This document shows positions 27,030 through 40,072 of a DNA stretch of 64,000 bases, one piece after another. Within the stretch, counting starts at the first letter, position 1. Each line of letters starts with the position of its first letter. Below the pieces are notes generated by a model that saw only the letters and a list, made by a program, of their open reading frames with translations, was not told where the DNA came from and ran no database searches. The position numbers were made by a program, and so were the translations under genes. The stretch is from Chiloscyllium plagiosum (Eukaryota): assembly GCF_004010195.1 (NCBI RefSeq), contig NC_057752.1:2854222-2918221 (forward strand). Reading direction: 5' to 3'.

Positions 27030-27390
27030 TCGGCTGCCAGGCTCAGTTGGTAACGCATTCATCTCTGAATCACAAGGTTCAAAGTTTAAGCTCTACTTCA
27101 GGGTTTAAGCATAAAACAAAAAGCAAGACTGGCACTCCAGTGCAATTCTGAGGGGATGCTGCACGGTCCGAAGTGTCATCTTTCAGGCATGTCAAACTAA
27201 GGCAGTCCTTTGTCTGCTAGAAGATCCTGGGGAACTATTTCAAAGAGGAAGAGAATTATCCCCAGTGTCCTAGTCAATATTTGTTTCTAAATCTACAAGA
27301 TGATTATCTAGTCTTTATTATGTTGCTGTATATGAGTGCTTGTTGAATGTGAATCAACTCTCGCATTTTATACAAGTGAGTGCACTTTAA
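27030..27390 (+). mobile_element. Ancient Deu-domain SINE
   Basis: tRNA-like head ggctcagttggtaac; actccagtgcaattctgagggg core; ccccagtgtcct motif. Confidence 0.6.
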
Positions 27391-27699
27391 AAAGCAAGGT
27401 CCTTCTTTAAAAAAAACCTATAATTCCTAACAAAACATTAGTAGACAAAGCCTGACACTGTGATGTAGGAACCCAGATGCAGTCAGAAATCTGGGCACCT
27501 TTTGCATGTCCACATCTAAAACAGGACACAGTTTGAGCCCTACCTCAAAAAAAACACTTACTTCAAGTCTTTACACTAGCCCACACAACAGTCTCAGCAT
27601 TCCAAAAATGAATTCGTTATATACAAAGTGGAGATAGTTTTTTTAATTAATGAAAGTAAGTATGCATTTTAATCTTATGGTTCATGAAAGGAAAAGATA

Positions 27700-28830
27700 G
27701 GTGATTTTTGAGAAGATTTGTTTTGTCACCATGCTAGGTAACATCAGTGAGCCTCCATGAAGCACTGGTGTTCTGTCCTGCTTTCTATTTGTGTGTCTTG
27801 GTCTGTTGTGGTGGATGATATCACTTCCAGTTCTTTTTTCTGAGAGGTTGGCAAATGGAGTCCAAATTGATGTATTTATTGATGGAGTTCCATTTTGAAT
27901 GCCAGGCCTTTAGGAATTCCCGTGCATACCTTTGTTTAGCCTGTCCAGGGTGGAGGTATTATCCCAGTCGAACTGGTGTCCCTCTTTGTCTGTATGTAGG
28001 GATACTAGTGATAGTAGGTCATATCTTTTGGTGGCTAGTTTGTGGTCATGTATCCTGGTGGCTAGTTTCCTGCCAGACTCTACCCGATGTAATGTTTGTT
28101 GCAGTCCTTGCAGGGTATTTTGTACATGACATTCATTCTGCTGTTGATTAGTACAGGATCTTTTAGATTCCTCTGGAGCTGTTTCGGTGTGTTGGTAGGT
28201 TTGTGGGCTACCATGATGCCTAGGGGCTGGAGTAGTCCGGTCACCATCTCTGACATGTCTTTAATGTGTCTTTAACATGGCAGGGTGGCTAGAGTCTCTG
28301 GGCGGGTTGTGTCGTCTTGTTTAGGTTTGTTATGTAAGAATCAGTGGACTGTGCTTATCGGGTACTCGTTCTTGAATAAGTTGCACAGGTGTTTTTCTTT
28401 GGCATTTCATAGTTCCTGGGTGCTGCAGTGTGTTGCAGCTCATTTAAATAATGTCCTGATGCAGCTCAGTTTCTGGGTGTTGGAATGATTGCTCCTGTAG
28501 TTGAGTATCTGGTCAGTGTGTGTCACTTTCTTGTAGATGTGGATCTGCAGCTCTCTGTTGGCTTTTCATTCTACTATGGTATCTCGGAAGGGGAGTCTGT
28601 TGTTGTTCTCTTCCTCTTTGGTGAACTTTATACCATTAAGAATGTTGTTTAGGAGTTTCTTCTAATTTGTTGCGTTTCATGATGACAAAGGTGTCATCCA
28701 CATAGCGGACCCATAGCTTGGGAAGGGCTGTTCGTTGCATCCTCTGCATAACTGCTTCTGCTAAGAAGTGGGGAGTGGCCAGAGTACCTGTAAGCATTAC
28801 CAACTGCCCTGTATAAAGGGGATGGGTTTC
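27700..28830 (-). mobile_element. Penelope-like element, RT plus GIY-YIG fragment (decayed)
   Basis: PKLWVRYVDDTFVIMKR RT motif (ORF 28636-28893) and a 3' region homologous to 6792-8223. Confidence 0.85.
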
Positions 28831-31456
28831 CTTTGTTTGGGGGCCTCTTTGACACGACTTTGCATGCCTGCGAAGAGGGTCAAAGGGGGTCACCTAGCTT
28901 GTACAGGCTTTAATAAACTTTACCTGTTTGCAGAAGGTGTGTGTGAATTGCATCTTGTGTGTGAAACCTCAGGAAAAAGAACCTAACACCTGGGCATTGC
29001 AAACATCGTAGCCATGGAAATTTTGCTCCTGGTATCATTGCTGGAAGGACTGGCCATCCTCCCAGCAGACTGATTGGAGTGATATGTTGGCACATTGTCA
29101 GAAACTTGGTGCTTACAATCGAGGTAGATTACTATCTTAGCCATAGTTTAGGTGTCGAGAGCACACAAAATTGCTTGCCTTTAGAATTAAGTATTACTGC
29201 CTGATTGTTTTGCCATGTTCATACTAAGACATTAGGGGAAAATGTTTCAACTATATGCAACAATGTTTTGACAGATTCTTAATTCATGATTCCTGTTGGT
29301 CCCACTGTTCCACCAACAAAAATCTTGCGCTGGTCGAATCTCAAAAAATAGTAATTCAGCCACTTAGCCCTTTACAAAATCTAGGTGGACATAGTCTCAA
29401 CGTCTATCGCCATTATGACACGTCACTAAAGTACTAGTGACAACATGGCTACACAGTCAACCTAATGGATGTGTCCTAAACTGATTTGGGCACTGGTATG
29501 TTCAACATGGAAAGACCTTAGAAAGTACCGTATTAAAATACAGAACCACTTGAAATGTAATAGTCCAGGTTTTTGAAAAATCTTTGGATTTTGCTTTTCA
29601 GTTCATATGTCAGCATGTAATATAGGCATTGTGGAATCTCAGAATTGCTACAGGACAGTAGAGCTCATTTGTGCCCACACCAGCTCTCCAAATGAGAATG
29701 CAACTTCTAATCTGCAGCCCTACATTCATCTAAAATATCCAAGCTCCTCTCGTTTCAGCCTCAGGAGCTTCTCCCATTTTAAACGGTCCACGATTTGTGG
29801 CTGCGCCTTCAGCTGTTTCGGCCCGGAGCTTCAGAATTCACATCTAAACTTTGCCAGCTCAGTTTCCTGTTTTAAGAGGCCTTTGAAAGCCACCAAGCTT
29901 TTGGTCATCAGTCTGAACGTCAATGTTTGCTCTACAACATTGCCGTGAAGCACCGAGGAAGGTTTCACTCAGGTAAGGCGCTGCGGAAATTCAAACTGCT
30001 GCCGTTATCACCGACCCTGGTTATTCTGCACATTGATTCTTGTGGTTTTCTGATATTAATGCAAACAAATAACAAATACACACATCCATTATATAAGCAA
30101 GAAAATGCTTCAGGGTGGTTTATAAATTGGAGTGCCCAGGTATTTTATTCCAAATGAGCAACTTCTCTCAATACATCTAAAAGTAATGGTCATATTTGGA
30201 ACTACCTGTGGTTGAGTACCTTCAAGGGGATTTGTGCATTGATTTGAAGAGGCTCAACCCCATATTACAATGAGAGATTGGTATACTCATTGGAGAATAG
30301 ATCTCTTCCTTAAAGTAGCATTATAGGTATTCAAACTGTCGCCATTTTAGATCTAGACAACTTTAGTAAATAAACCACTGAAGAGGTGGCTGTAGGACAA
30401 TGCACATGCAACAAGCTGCTCTGAAAACCCAGATCCACACTTTGACAGATGTGAAAAAATTTCACCACAGCAACTGTTACAATCCATAACACTCAAAAGA
30501 AATTGTCAATATTCCAAATCAAATTACTCACTTCATTCTTAAAACAATGTCAATTTGCCCCATCTCCTAACTTTAACGGATACTTTCTTAAAAAACAAAT
30601 CCCAGGATCCTTGCCAAAAACTAATTGTTTGGGTCAATCTTTACCTGTGTACCATGTTTCATTAAAAGTCACTCATTAGCTTTTGAGGTACATTGTTTAA
30701 AGATAACAGAGTAACAAACAAGGGCAAAAATATTACCCCATCCACTTTCAAGTGACAGAGATAAATATCAGCAAGCTGTAATGATTAGAGGTTACAATCG
30801 TCCTGATGTTGCAGCGTAGAAAAGCCTGTATTAAAATCAATTTTACATGGCAGCGTTTCATTCAGCAGATAACCTGGTTGAAGTATAGTGTTAATCTACT
30901 GTAACAGCCAATCTCTGCATCTTCTCTTTCAAACATCACCTGAATTTCAGTACAGTTGTGCATGAGAAGAATAGAATCTTACATCCCAATGAATGCTCAA
31001 CAGCAATTCTAAAGGAAATAATTCAAATCCAGTTGGTGAAAACAAACCACTTTTAAATGACCCACTTCCTTCCCACCTTACGTTTGATGCCTGCACGAAC
31101 CTGAGCATGGAGTTAAAACTCAATTTTGATCAACATAAAGTCGCGCGAGACTTGGGAGTTAAACAGTTACATTTGGCCTTTGCAATGGGATAACTAACAA
31201 AGTTATATTTTTACCCCATTTTTTCAAAAGACAATGCATAACTGCAGGCATGTCCAAGTTGTAGCCAGTGGATTAAGAGAACCCCCAACGTTGAACAATC
31301 CAACCTGCGAAAAACCTACAGTATAGCTTCATTTGTGTCTATATTTTAGATTTGCTAGTTTATCTTGCTTCATACTTGTGAAACTGGAGCTTTGCACAAT
31401 TGGGGGATGAACCCAACGCCTACTGCTCAGAGTACGAAGATACATAGGAATATATA

Positions 31457-31791
31457 GGGGCAGCACGGTGGCTCAATGGTTAGCATTGCTGCCTCACAGC
31501 ATGAGGGACCCAGGTTCGATTCCAGCCTTGGTTGACTGTCTGTGTGGAAGTTGAACATTCTCCCAGTGTCTGCGGGGGTTTCTTCCCACAATCCAAAGAT
31601 GTGCAGGTTAGAGTCAACTGGCCATGCTAAATTGCCCCATAATGTTCAGAGATGTGTGGGTTAGGTTCATTAGTCAGGGGTAAATATAGGATAATAGGAT
31701 AGGGGAATGGGTCTGGGTGGTTTACTCTTCGGAGGGTCGGTGTGGACTTGTTGGGCTGATGGGCCTGTTTCCATACTGTAGGGATTCTATG
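31457..31791 (+). mobile_element. HE1/V-SINE-like SINE
   Basis: ggggcagcacggtggctcaatggttagc head; ggttcgattcc B-box. Confidence 0.85.
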
Positions 31792-31952
31792 ATAATGGCA
31801 CACACCAAGCAGCCCACAAAGAGACAAAAACTCTAGACATGTCTGCATTAGCAAATAAAGCTAAAGTGGAGATTGTGTGGGTTAAAAAGCACACATCCTA
31901 CCTGGTTTTTCAATTGCATTAACGTATAGATACAAAGCACAATGATATTTAC

Positions 31953-32114
31953 CTGCTGGAGGTATTTGTCACAGTTGATGAACTCCCGCTCATGGGAATC
32001 CTGCAGCTTGTGTGTTTTAATGTACTGCCAGAGAGCCTGGATGATGACAGGCCGGGTCTGAGTGTGGATGCCCAGCAGACGTGCCAGTCGCGGATCCAAT
32101 TTAAACTGGGGTGG
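31953..32114 (-). CDS. SMARCD1: SMARCD1 exon 8, SWIB domain ([54 protein letters not shown])
   Basis: 162 nt, cag| ... |gtaaat. Confidence 0.97.
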
Positions 32115-32212
32115 CTGCAAGGAAAATACAAACGTATTGGTACACAGACCCAGCAAGGCCACCAACTAAACATTCACCAGGTACTTGATCTAGCCGATGG
32201 CACTTTTGTGTC

Positions 32213-32636
32213 TCAGACTGTTAAGTTTGCTCGCTGAGCTGGAAGGTTTGCTCTCAGACGTTTCAACACCATGCTAGGTAACATCATCATTGAGCCTCCG
32301 TTAAAGCACTGGTGTTCTGTCCCACTTTCTATTGGAGCGTCTTGGCCTGTTGTGGTGGGTAATATCACTTTTGGTTTGATGTGATGTTTGATGGAGTTCC
32401 AGTTTGAATGCTATCAACGAGCATGTCAATTTGGACCCCATTTACCAACCCCTCAGAAAAATGAACCGCAAGTGATATTACCCACCACAACAGGCCAAGA
32501 CACATAAATAGAAAGCGGGACAGTACACCAGTGCTTCAACGGAGGTTCAGACTATGCTACCTAGCATGGTGAACAAACCTTCCAGCTTAGTGAGCAAACT
32601 TACAACCTGAACTACAAACCTTCACAAAAATCGCAA
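32213..32636. mobile_element. Fold-back Penelope-derived element
   Basis: Inverted arms ~32222-32370 and ~32470-32602 (e.g. tcttggcctgttgtggtgggtaatatcactt / aagtgatattacccaccacaacaggccaaga); degenerate TSD acttttgtgtct / acgtttgtgcct. Confidence 0.75.
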
Positions 32637-32699
32637 ACGTTTGTGCCTGCATGCAGGAGAATGTTTGTCGCCATCCTGAGGCTGCACAGAGCTCTGCAG

Positions 32700-34900
32700 A
32701 ACTAGTTTTTACATCGCCCAAGTTGAAAATTCAAAAGCAAACAAACATGGATGTAACAGTATCACAACTGAGTAAAGGTAACTATCAAGACGTGAGGGAG
32801 GAGCTGGCCAGAGTTGATTGGAAGGAGAGCCTAGCAGGGAGGATGGTGGAGCAGAAATGGCAGGAGTTTGAGGGTAATGTGGGAGACCCAGCACAAATCG
32901 ATCCCAAGGAAGTAGAAGCATACTAAGGAGAGGAGGCGGCAACCATGGCTGACAAGAGAAATCAGGGAGAGCATAGAAACAGAAGAACAAGCACACAATG
33001 TGGTGAAGAATAGTGAAAAGCTAGAGGATCGAGAAGCGTTTAAAAACCAGAGGATAACTAGAATAGCAATAAGGGCGGGAAATGGGGCAGAAGATGAAAT
33101 AAAAGAGTGAGCTTGCTAGTAATATAAAAAATTGCAAGAATTATTCTTCATATCTAAAATGTAAGAGAGAAGCAAGACTGGACATTGCTGGAAAATGAGG
33201 TGCAGAAGTAGCAATGGGGAACAAAGAAACTGCAGAGGAACTGAATAGGGACTTTGCATCTGTTTTCACAGTGGAAGTCATCAGCAACATACCACAACTT
33301 CAAGATAGGTGCAAAGGTGAGTGCAGTGGCCATCACTAAGGTGAAGCTGAAAGGTCAAAAGGCAGATAAATCACCAGGACCAGATCACCTATACTCCAGA
33401 GTTCTGAAGGAGATAGCTAAAAGAGATCATAGAGGTATTGGTGACGATTCTTCAGGAATCACTGGAGTCAGGAAGAGTACCTGAGGTCTGGAAAATGGCT
33501 CATATAACATCCCAGGTTAAGAAGACAAGAAGACAGAAGACAGGAAACTGAATTTGAATCATTTATTGTTACGTGTATTTAACATAAAATAGTGAGAAGT
33601 TTCAAACTATAGGCCAGTTAGCCTGAGTTGGCAAGATTTGAGAGTCCATTATTAAGGATGCAGAGTACTTGGAAATGCATGGTAAAATTGACAAATCTGT
33701 TAGAATTCTTTGAGAAGCGAGACAAGGAAAGCCAGTGGATGTGATCTTTTTGGATTTCCAGAAGACTTTTGATAAGCTGCTGCACAGGAGGCCGCTAACT
33801 AAGCTAAGAACCCATGGTGTTAAAGATTCTGGCATGAACAGAAGATTGGCTGACTGGCAGAGAGTAGGGATATAGGGGCCTTTTTCAGGATGGCAGCCGG
33901 TGACTAGCGGAATTCCACAGGGGTCTGTGGTGGTACAACTATTCACGTTTTACGTCAGCCTGGACGATGGAACTGAGGGCATTGTTGCTAGGTTTGCAGA
34001 TGACTCAAAGATAGGTTGAGGAACAGGTAGTGTTGAGGAAATGTGTAGGTTGCAGAAGGACTTGGTCATGGTAGGTAAATGGGCAGAGAAGTAGCAGATG
34101 GAATTCAATGTGGGAAAGTGAGAGAATTTGCACTTTAGTAGGAAAAGAAAGAGACAAACTATTTTTTTAAACGGGGAAAGGCTTTGGAAACATGAAGCAC
34201 AAAAGGACTAGGGAATCCTAGCTCAGGATTCCCTTAAGGTTAGCATGCAGGTTCAGTTGGCAGTTAGGAAGGCAAATGCAATGTCAGCATTCATTTCAGG
34301 AGGGCTAGAATACAAGAGCAGAGATGTACTGCTGAGGCTGTACAAGGTTCCAGTCAGACTGCATTTGGAATACTGAGAGCAGTTTTGGGCCCTATATTTA
34401 AGGATGGATGCACTGGCCTTGGAGGAGCTCCAGGGTTGGTGTACGAGAATGATCTTGGGGATGAAGAGCTTGTCACGTGAGGAGCAGTTGAGGACTCTGG
34501 GTCTGTACTCAATGGAGTGAGGGGTGGGATCTCACAGAAACTTATAGAATACAGAGAGGTCTGGTTAGAGTGGATATGGAGATGGTGCTTCCACGAGTAG
34601 GAGAGACTAGGACCCGAGGGCACAGCCTCGCACAGTGAAGGGAGGACCCTTTAGAACTGGGATGAGGAGGAATTTCTCCAGGCAGAGGAGAATGAATGTG
34701 TGGAACGTGTTGCCACAGTGGGATGTGGAGGCCAAGCCATCGAGTGTATTTAAGACAGAGATAGATAGGCTCCTGACTGCTAAGGGGATTAAGGGTTATG
34801 GGGAGAAGGCAGGAGAAAGGGGTTGAGAAATGTATCAGCCATGATTGAATGGTGAAGCAGACCCGATGGGCTGAACAGCTCAAATCTGCCCCCATGTCTT
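32700..34900 (+). mobile_element. CR1 LINE, long decayed ORF2 fragment to 3' end
   Basis: KADKSPGPD, LDFQKTFDK and FADD motifs, many stops; includes a ~50-bp antisense Rex-like tail insertion at ~33550-33603 flanked by aaact. Confidence 0.9.
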
Positions 34901-35179
34901 ATGATCCAGCATTTGCTGTTTTTGTTTTAACAGATACCCAACATCTGCAGTATTTTGTTTTTGATGCCAGAATTTAAGCCCAGTCACTCACTTAAACAAG
35001 GGGCAGAATTAATGTAGGATTAATTCCATTCCTCTTGACTGCTTACTGCAAGCTGCTCCTATCAGCAAAAGGAAGGATGCAGGAAGTCTGCAAGCAGAAT
35101 TTATGTGCCACTTGCTGATTAACCTGCTTGTTTCTCTCTGCAATAGCGCTTGACGGATTCCTGTCCTTTATTTAGCTTT

Positions 35180-35252
35180 AGGAGAAACGTCGATTCTCCT
35201 GCTCCTTGGATGCTGCCTGACCTGCTGCGCTTTTCCAGCAACAAATTTTCAG
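35180..35252 (+). mobile_element. Penelope-derived terminal fragment
   Basis: Perfect 14-bp TSD ctttatttagcttt at 35166-35179 and 35253-35266. Confidence 0.75.
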
Positions 35253-35400
35253 CTTTATTTAGCTTTCTCAACTTTAAATGATTGGCTGAGAGAAAGGAGC
35301 AGTGATAATGAGCAAGGGAACAGAATTGTGAATTGTGCCCATATGTCAAGGAGGCACATTTGAAAAAAAAGTGTTGATTGTCAACTCAGTCCAATGATAG

Positions 35401-35595
35401 GAGAAAGTGAGGACTGCAGATGCTGGAGATCAGAGTTGCGAGTGCGGTGCTGGAAAAGCAGCATCCGAGGAGCAGGAGAAGCGGTGTTTTGGGCAAGAGC
35501 CCTGAATCGGAAATCATGCTCTTGCCTGAAATGTCGACTCTCCTGCTCCTCAGATGCTGCCTGACCTGCTGTGCTTTTCCAGTACCCCACTCTTG
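35401..35595. mobile_element. Short fold-back Penelope-derived element
   Basis: Perfect 17-bp TSD actcagtccaatgatag at 35384-35400 and 35596-35612. Confidence 0.8.
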
Positions 35596-36099
35596 ACTCA
35601 GTCCAATGATAGACACCCCAAAGTATCCAGGGATTTAGGGTGGTTGAACGTTTAAAAGGGGCAAGATTACAAGTTAGTCTGCTGCTCCCTGACAACTCCC
35701 ACCACAATCAACTAATTGGACCTTTTTGTATGAAGGTGCTTGTTTTTGCTAAAACTGAGTGGCCATTTGTTCGCAATTATTTGACTGCAAACTCTATTAG
35801 GGAGAGGAAGAATCCTGCTTTCCTTTGATATCTGCACCATTCTCAGGAAGCGTCACCGAAGAGCTACGCAGAGAGCTGCAGCTATGGCGACTGTTTCTCT
35901 TGCATGGGAGACGGGCAACCCTCCTGCCACCTCAGCCAAAATCCACAAAACCCAGTACAGACCAGGGCTCAAACCAAGATATTTTATACTCCACATGCAC
36001 CAGCTCCTCAATGTTTTTAATCAACAGAGCCATTGGGTAGCTCAAATGATAATTTTGTTAAAATATTTTGTACGCTTTACTAGCTCGAGCTATGTAATT

Positions 36100-36597
36100 C
36101 CATTATAGAATGTACAGCGCTGAAACAGACCCTTCGGTTGAACTCATCCATGCTGACTAGATATCCTAACCTAATCAAGGCCCATTTCCCAGCACTTGGC
36201 CCATATCCCTCTAAACCCTTCCTATTCATATACCCATCCAGATGCCTTTTAAACGCTGTAATAGTATCAGCCTCCACTACTTCCTCTGGCAACTCATTCC
36301 ATACACGCACCACCCTCTGCGTGAAAAAGTTGACCCTTGGGTCTCTTTTATATCCTTCCCCTCTCCACCCTAAACCTATGCCCTCTAGTTCTGGGCTCCC
36401 CCACCCCAGGGCAAAGACCTTGTCTGGTTACCCTATCCATGCCCCTCATGATTTTATAAACCTCTGTAAGGTCACCCGTCAGCCTCTGATGCTCCAGGGA
36501 AAACAGTCCCAGCCTATTCAGCCTCTCTCTATAGCTCAAACCCTCCAACCCTGGCAACATCCTTGTAAATCTTTTCTGAACCCTTTCAAGTTTTATA
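36100..36597 (-). mobile_element. CR1 LINE 3' end
   Basis: MLPGLEGLSYRERLNRLGLFSLE and VRVWNELPEEVVEA peptides. Confidence 0.9.
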
Positions 36598-36676
36598 GTT
36601 TACTTGTAAATTTATTACGGTCTAGAACTAATAAATGCTTTTTAATTCATCTCAATCTCAAAATGAATTTGCTTAC

Positions 36677-36778
36677 CTGGTAATCTAGCATCAGTAACAC
36701 AGTGCAGCGCACATTCACATCTCCTGGTCTTTTCACCTGGAAGCCATCAGTCTCTTGGGTTGTGGCCGTCCTGTGCCA
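36677..36778 (-). CDS. SMARCD1: SMARCD1 exon 7 ([34 protein letters not shown])
   Basis: 102 nt, cag| ... |gtaagc. Confidence 0.97.
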
Positions 36779-36924
36779 CTGAATGGAGTTAATGAAAAAC
36801 AGTTACCACTTTGTATAACTAAGAGAGAGACATTCCTTCAGCCACTGTATCAACAGGATTCTTCAGAGGTCTATCAGGCATGCATCATGCTGCTATTCAG
36901 GGCACTGTCACTACATAATATCCT

Positions 36925-37226
36925 ACACAGAGACACACACGAGAATTTCTAGAAGCATGGCATTCCAACTGGAACTCTATCAACAAACACATCGAGTTAG
37001 ACCCCATCTACCACCCCCTGAGAAAAAGAACAGGAAGTGACTTCACCAACCCAAAGAAACCCAAACATATAAATAGAAAGCAGGAATTTTCAGCAGTGCT
37101 CTGCCTGAGGCCCACCGAAGATGTTACCGTGTATGGTGATGAAACATCTGGAAATGAAGCTTGCAGCTCAGTGAGCAAACCTACATCCAAAACCTCAACC
37201 TGAGCTACAAACCTTCTCAAAACGTG
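36925..37226 (+). mobile_element. Penelope-like element 3' fragment
   Basis: REFLEAWHSN-like end; perfect 14-bp TSD ctacataatatcct at 36911-36924 and 37227-37240. Confidence 0.8.
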
Positions 37227-37611
37227 CTACATAATATCCTGTCTAACTAAGAATATGCTCCACCACCAGTCTGCTTGCAGTGTTTGTGCAATTAGTTCCC
37301 CCTCTAATGACTCAAGGACCTTTCACTCCCTGAGCAATATTTAGTCCCACTGCTAACCCAGAGGGGAAGACAATTGTTGGTACACCAGCCAACCAGAAAG
37401 CCTTTACTGGCATCCAACAGGCCTCATGCAGCATCTCTCGCAGGGAAAGGAACAAGTTACAGGATCCACACAAGCCCTTGCCATGACATATGTTATAGGG
37501 ACACATGAGGAAAGAAGAGATCCAAACTGATGTGACCTCTAGGAAGTTGCTATTTTTACTGCAGATAGAAAACACTTCAAATTTCAGCATGAAGGAGGAA
37601 GTAAGATGTCA

Positions 37612-37776
<165 letters not shown>

Positions 37777-38235
37777 CTACAAAGGCAAAAAAAAATCCAT
37801 CAACAATTCAATACAGAACAGATGATTAAGGGAAATTGAAAATATCAACACCCTTGCAGAGCTGCGCCATTTTTTGAACACGACCCTTCATTCTCTCCTC
37901 CACAACAGCGCTCTCACTGTCTGCTACATGCCCCTTGTAGTCGCATGTAAAGAGAGGTAATCGCAATTCAATTGACACTTAACCCTCTATCTTCCTCCTC
38001 TACACTCCCCCACTGTGCCTGGATTCTGTGCAGGGGCTTTGCACAACAGGTCAAGCTGCAATCAAAGTTCAACAGAACCAGGGCCCAAAACTTCAAGCAG
38101 TTCAAAGCAAACTCTTGGCAACAGCAGTAAAAGCAATAGTGAGCTTGGCTAGGATATCAGGGAGAAATTATGGAAAGGCTTAACATGAAAGCATCTCTGG
38201 TAAAAAGGGGGCGAAAGGTAAATCTAAAACCTTAC

Positions 38236-38358
38236 ATCCTCGAGAAGCCTGCCTTCCACCCGAAGCTCCCAGGATGCCACAGTTCCTTCGCCATCTTCTG
38301 CATCTGGTTTGGCAGGGTTGAATGTATTAGAAATAAATATACGAAGCTTTCGCTTTTG
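38236..38358 (-). CDS. SMARCD1: SMARCD1 exon 5 ([41 protein letters not shown])
   Basis: 123 nt, cag| ... |gtaagg. Confidence 0.97.
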
Positions 38359-39039
38359 CTGGAAAGAAATAAGAGGAGTTTCAGGAATCAAGTTTTTTTT
38401 TCTCCTCCGTTACGCAGAAATATCACTGTACAGAAGGGGCTCGAAATCAGGTGACTGAGGAATCCAACCAGATAGTTTAATTTTGCCTTGCGAAGAATGC
38501 ATTTTCTTGCAGTATCTGCATTGCTTTCAAACATAGTGCATTTGAATTACTCTTTTGTCTGGTGAAATTTTGAATTCCTGCCCTCGAGAGGGAACAATTC
38601 CATTGATGTCGGCAATTGTACTACACCTCACGCAAGTGTTTATTCTCAATAAGCAAGTCTGGGTGGCAAGTGTTGGTGTCATGCTAAACTGCCAAAAAGT
38701 CCCAAGCCTCGCCACAGTTAACATTCCAGCATGCATCATGTCAGCCGTTTCATTTCTTTTTGCCTCTTTTGAATCGCACAGAAATCAATCTGAACTCTGG
38801 AGATCAGTTAACATAGCAAGGAACATAGACATAGGCCATTCTGTCCCTACCTCGATGCCCCTGCTGAAAAAAAATCTAGGAATCTGTTTTTAAAAATTAT
38901 TATGCCAGCCTTAAGAGCTTTTTGCAGTCATAATGTTCCACACTTACGATCTAGAGCCTTGTTGGGCTGCAATGATCCAGCATCAGACTCTCCAACACAT
39001 TCATTCACAAGTCAGAGGAACAGTTAATATTTCACATAT

Positions 39040-39678
39040 GTCAGAGTTGTGGGTATGTCCACCAAACTGGGAAGTTGACTTGCAGACATTTTGTTCCCAG
39101 TCTTCAGTGCTTTGGAGCCTCCTGTGAAGTTCTGCTGTATTGTCTTTTCTGGAGTTTATTTGGTTCCATTTCTGCTGCTTCCGGTTGTTCATTGTCGTGA
39201 CCGGTATATTGGGTCTACTCCATGTGCTTGTTGTGCGTAGGTGCATGCCATGCCTCTGGAAATTCTCTGGCTGTCTTCTGTTTAGCTTGTCCTACGATCG
39301 TTGTGTCGAATTTGTGGTCCTTGTCATCTGTGTGCATGGCTACTAGGGACAGCTGGTTGTGGTGTTTGTTCATGGATGCAGTTTGCTAGTTGTCTGCCTG
39401 TTTTGTCCTATATAGTGCTACAGTGACCCCATCAACAAGCACGTAGACCTAGACCCATTAGACCAGCCACAACAACAAACAACCGGAAGCAGCGGGAAAG
39501 GAACCAAATAAATTTCAGAAGAGACAATATAGCAGCACTTCACAGGAGGCTTCAAAGCACTGAAGATGTCACCCAGACAGGGGACGAAACATCTGCAAAT
39601 CAACTTCCCAGCTCGGCAAACCCACCCACAACTATGACAACCGGTGCCCGAGCTACAAATCTTAATACAAACTTTGAA
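39040..39678. mobile_element. Fold-back Penelope-like element
   Basis: Inverted arms; CTGAAGA-T-GTCACC-cagaca-GGGGAC-GAAA-CATC at 39560-39593. Confidence 0.75.
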
Positions 39679-39753
39679 TTCCAACTGTGTCAACAATATT
39701 GGGGTCTCTTACAAAGCAATAGAGCAGAGTGTGAAAACCTCTGCTGTTAATTT

Positions 39754-40072
39754 GGGCGGCACGGTGGCACAGTGGTTAGCACTGCTGCCTCACAGCACCA
39801 GAGACCCAGGTTCAATTCCCGCCTCGGGCAACTGTCTGTGTGGAGTTTGCACATTCTCCCAGTGTCTGTGTGGGTTTCGTCCGGGTCCTCCGGTTTCCTC
39901 CCACAGTCCAAAAATGTGCCGATTAGGTGAATTGGCTATGCTAAATTGCCCGTAGTGTTAGGTGAAGGGGTAAATGTAGGGGAATGGGTCTGGGTCGGTT
40001 GCTCTTAGAAGGGTCAGTGAGGACTTATTGGGCTGAAGGGCCTGTTTCCACACTGTAAGTAATTTAATCTAA
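39754..40072 (+). mobile_element. HE1/V-SINE-like SINE (full length)
   Basis: A- and B-box head, core and tail all present. Confidence 0.9.

Noticed and set aside
39754..39830. tRNA-like sequence with A and B boxes
   Set aside because: SINE head followed by SINE core and tail; not a tRNA gene.
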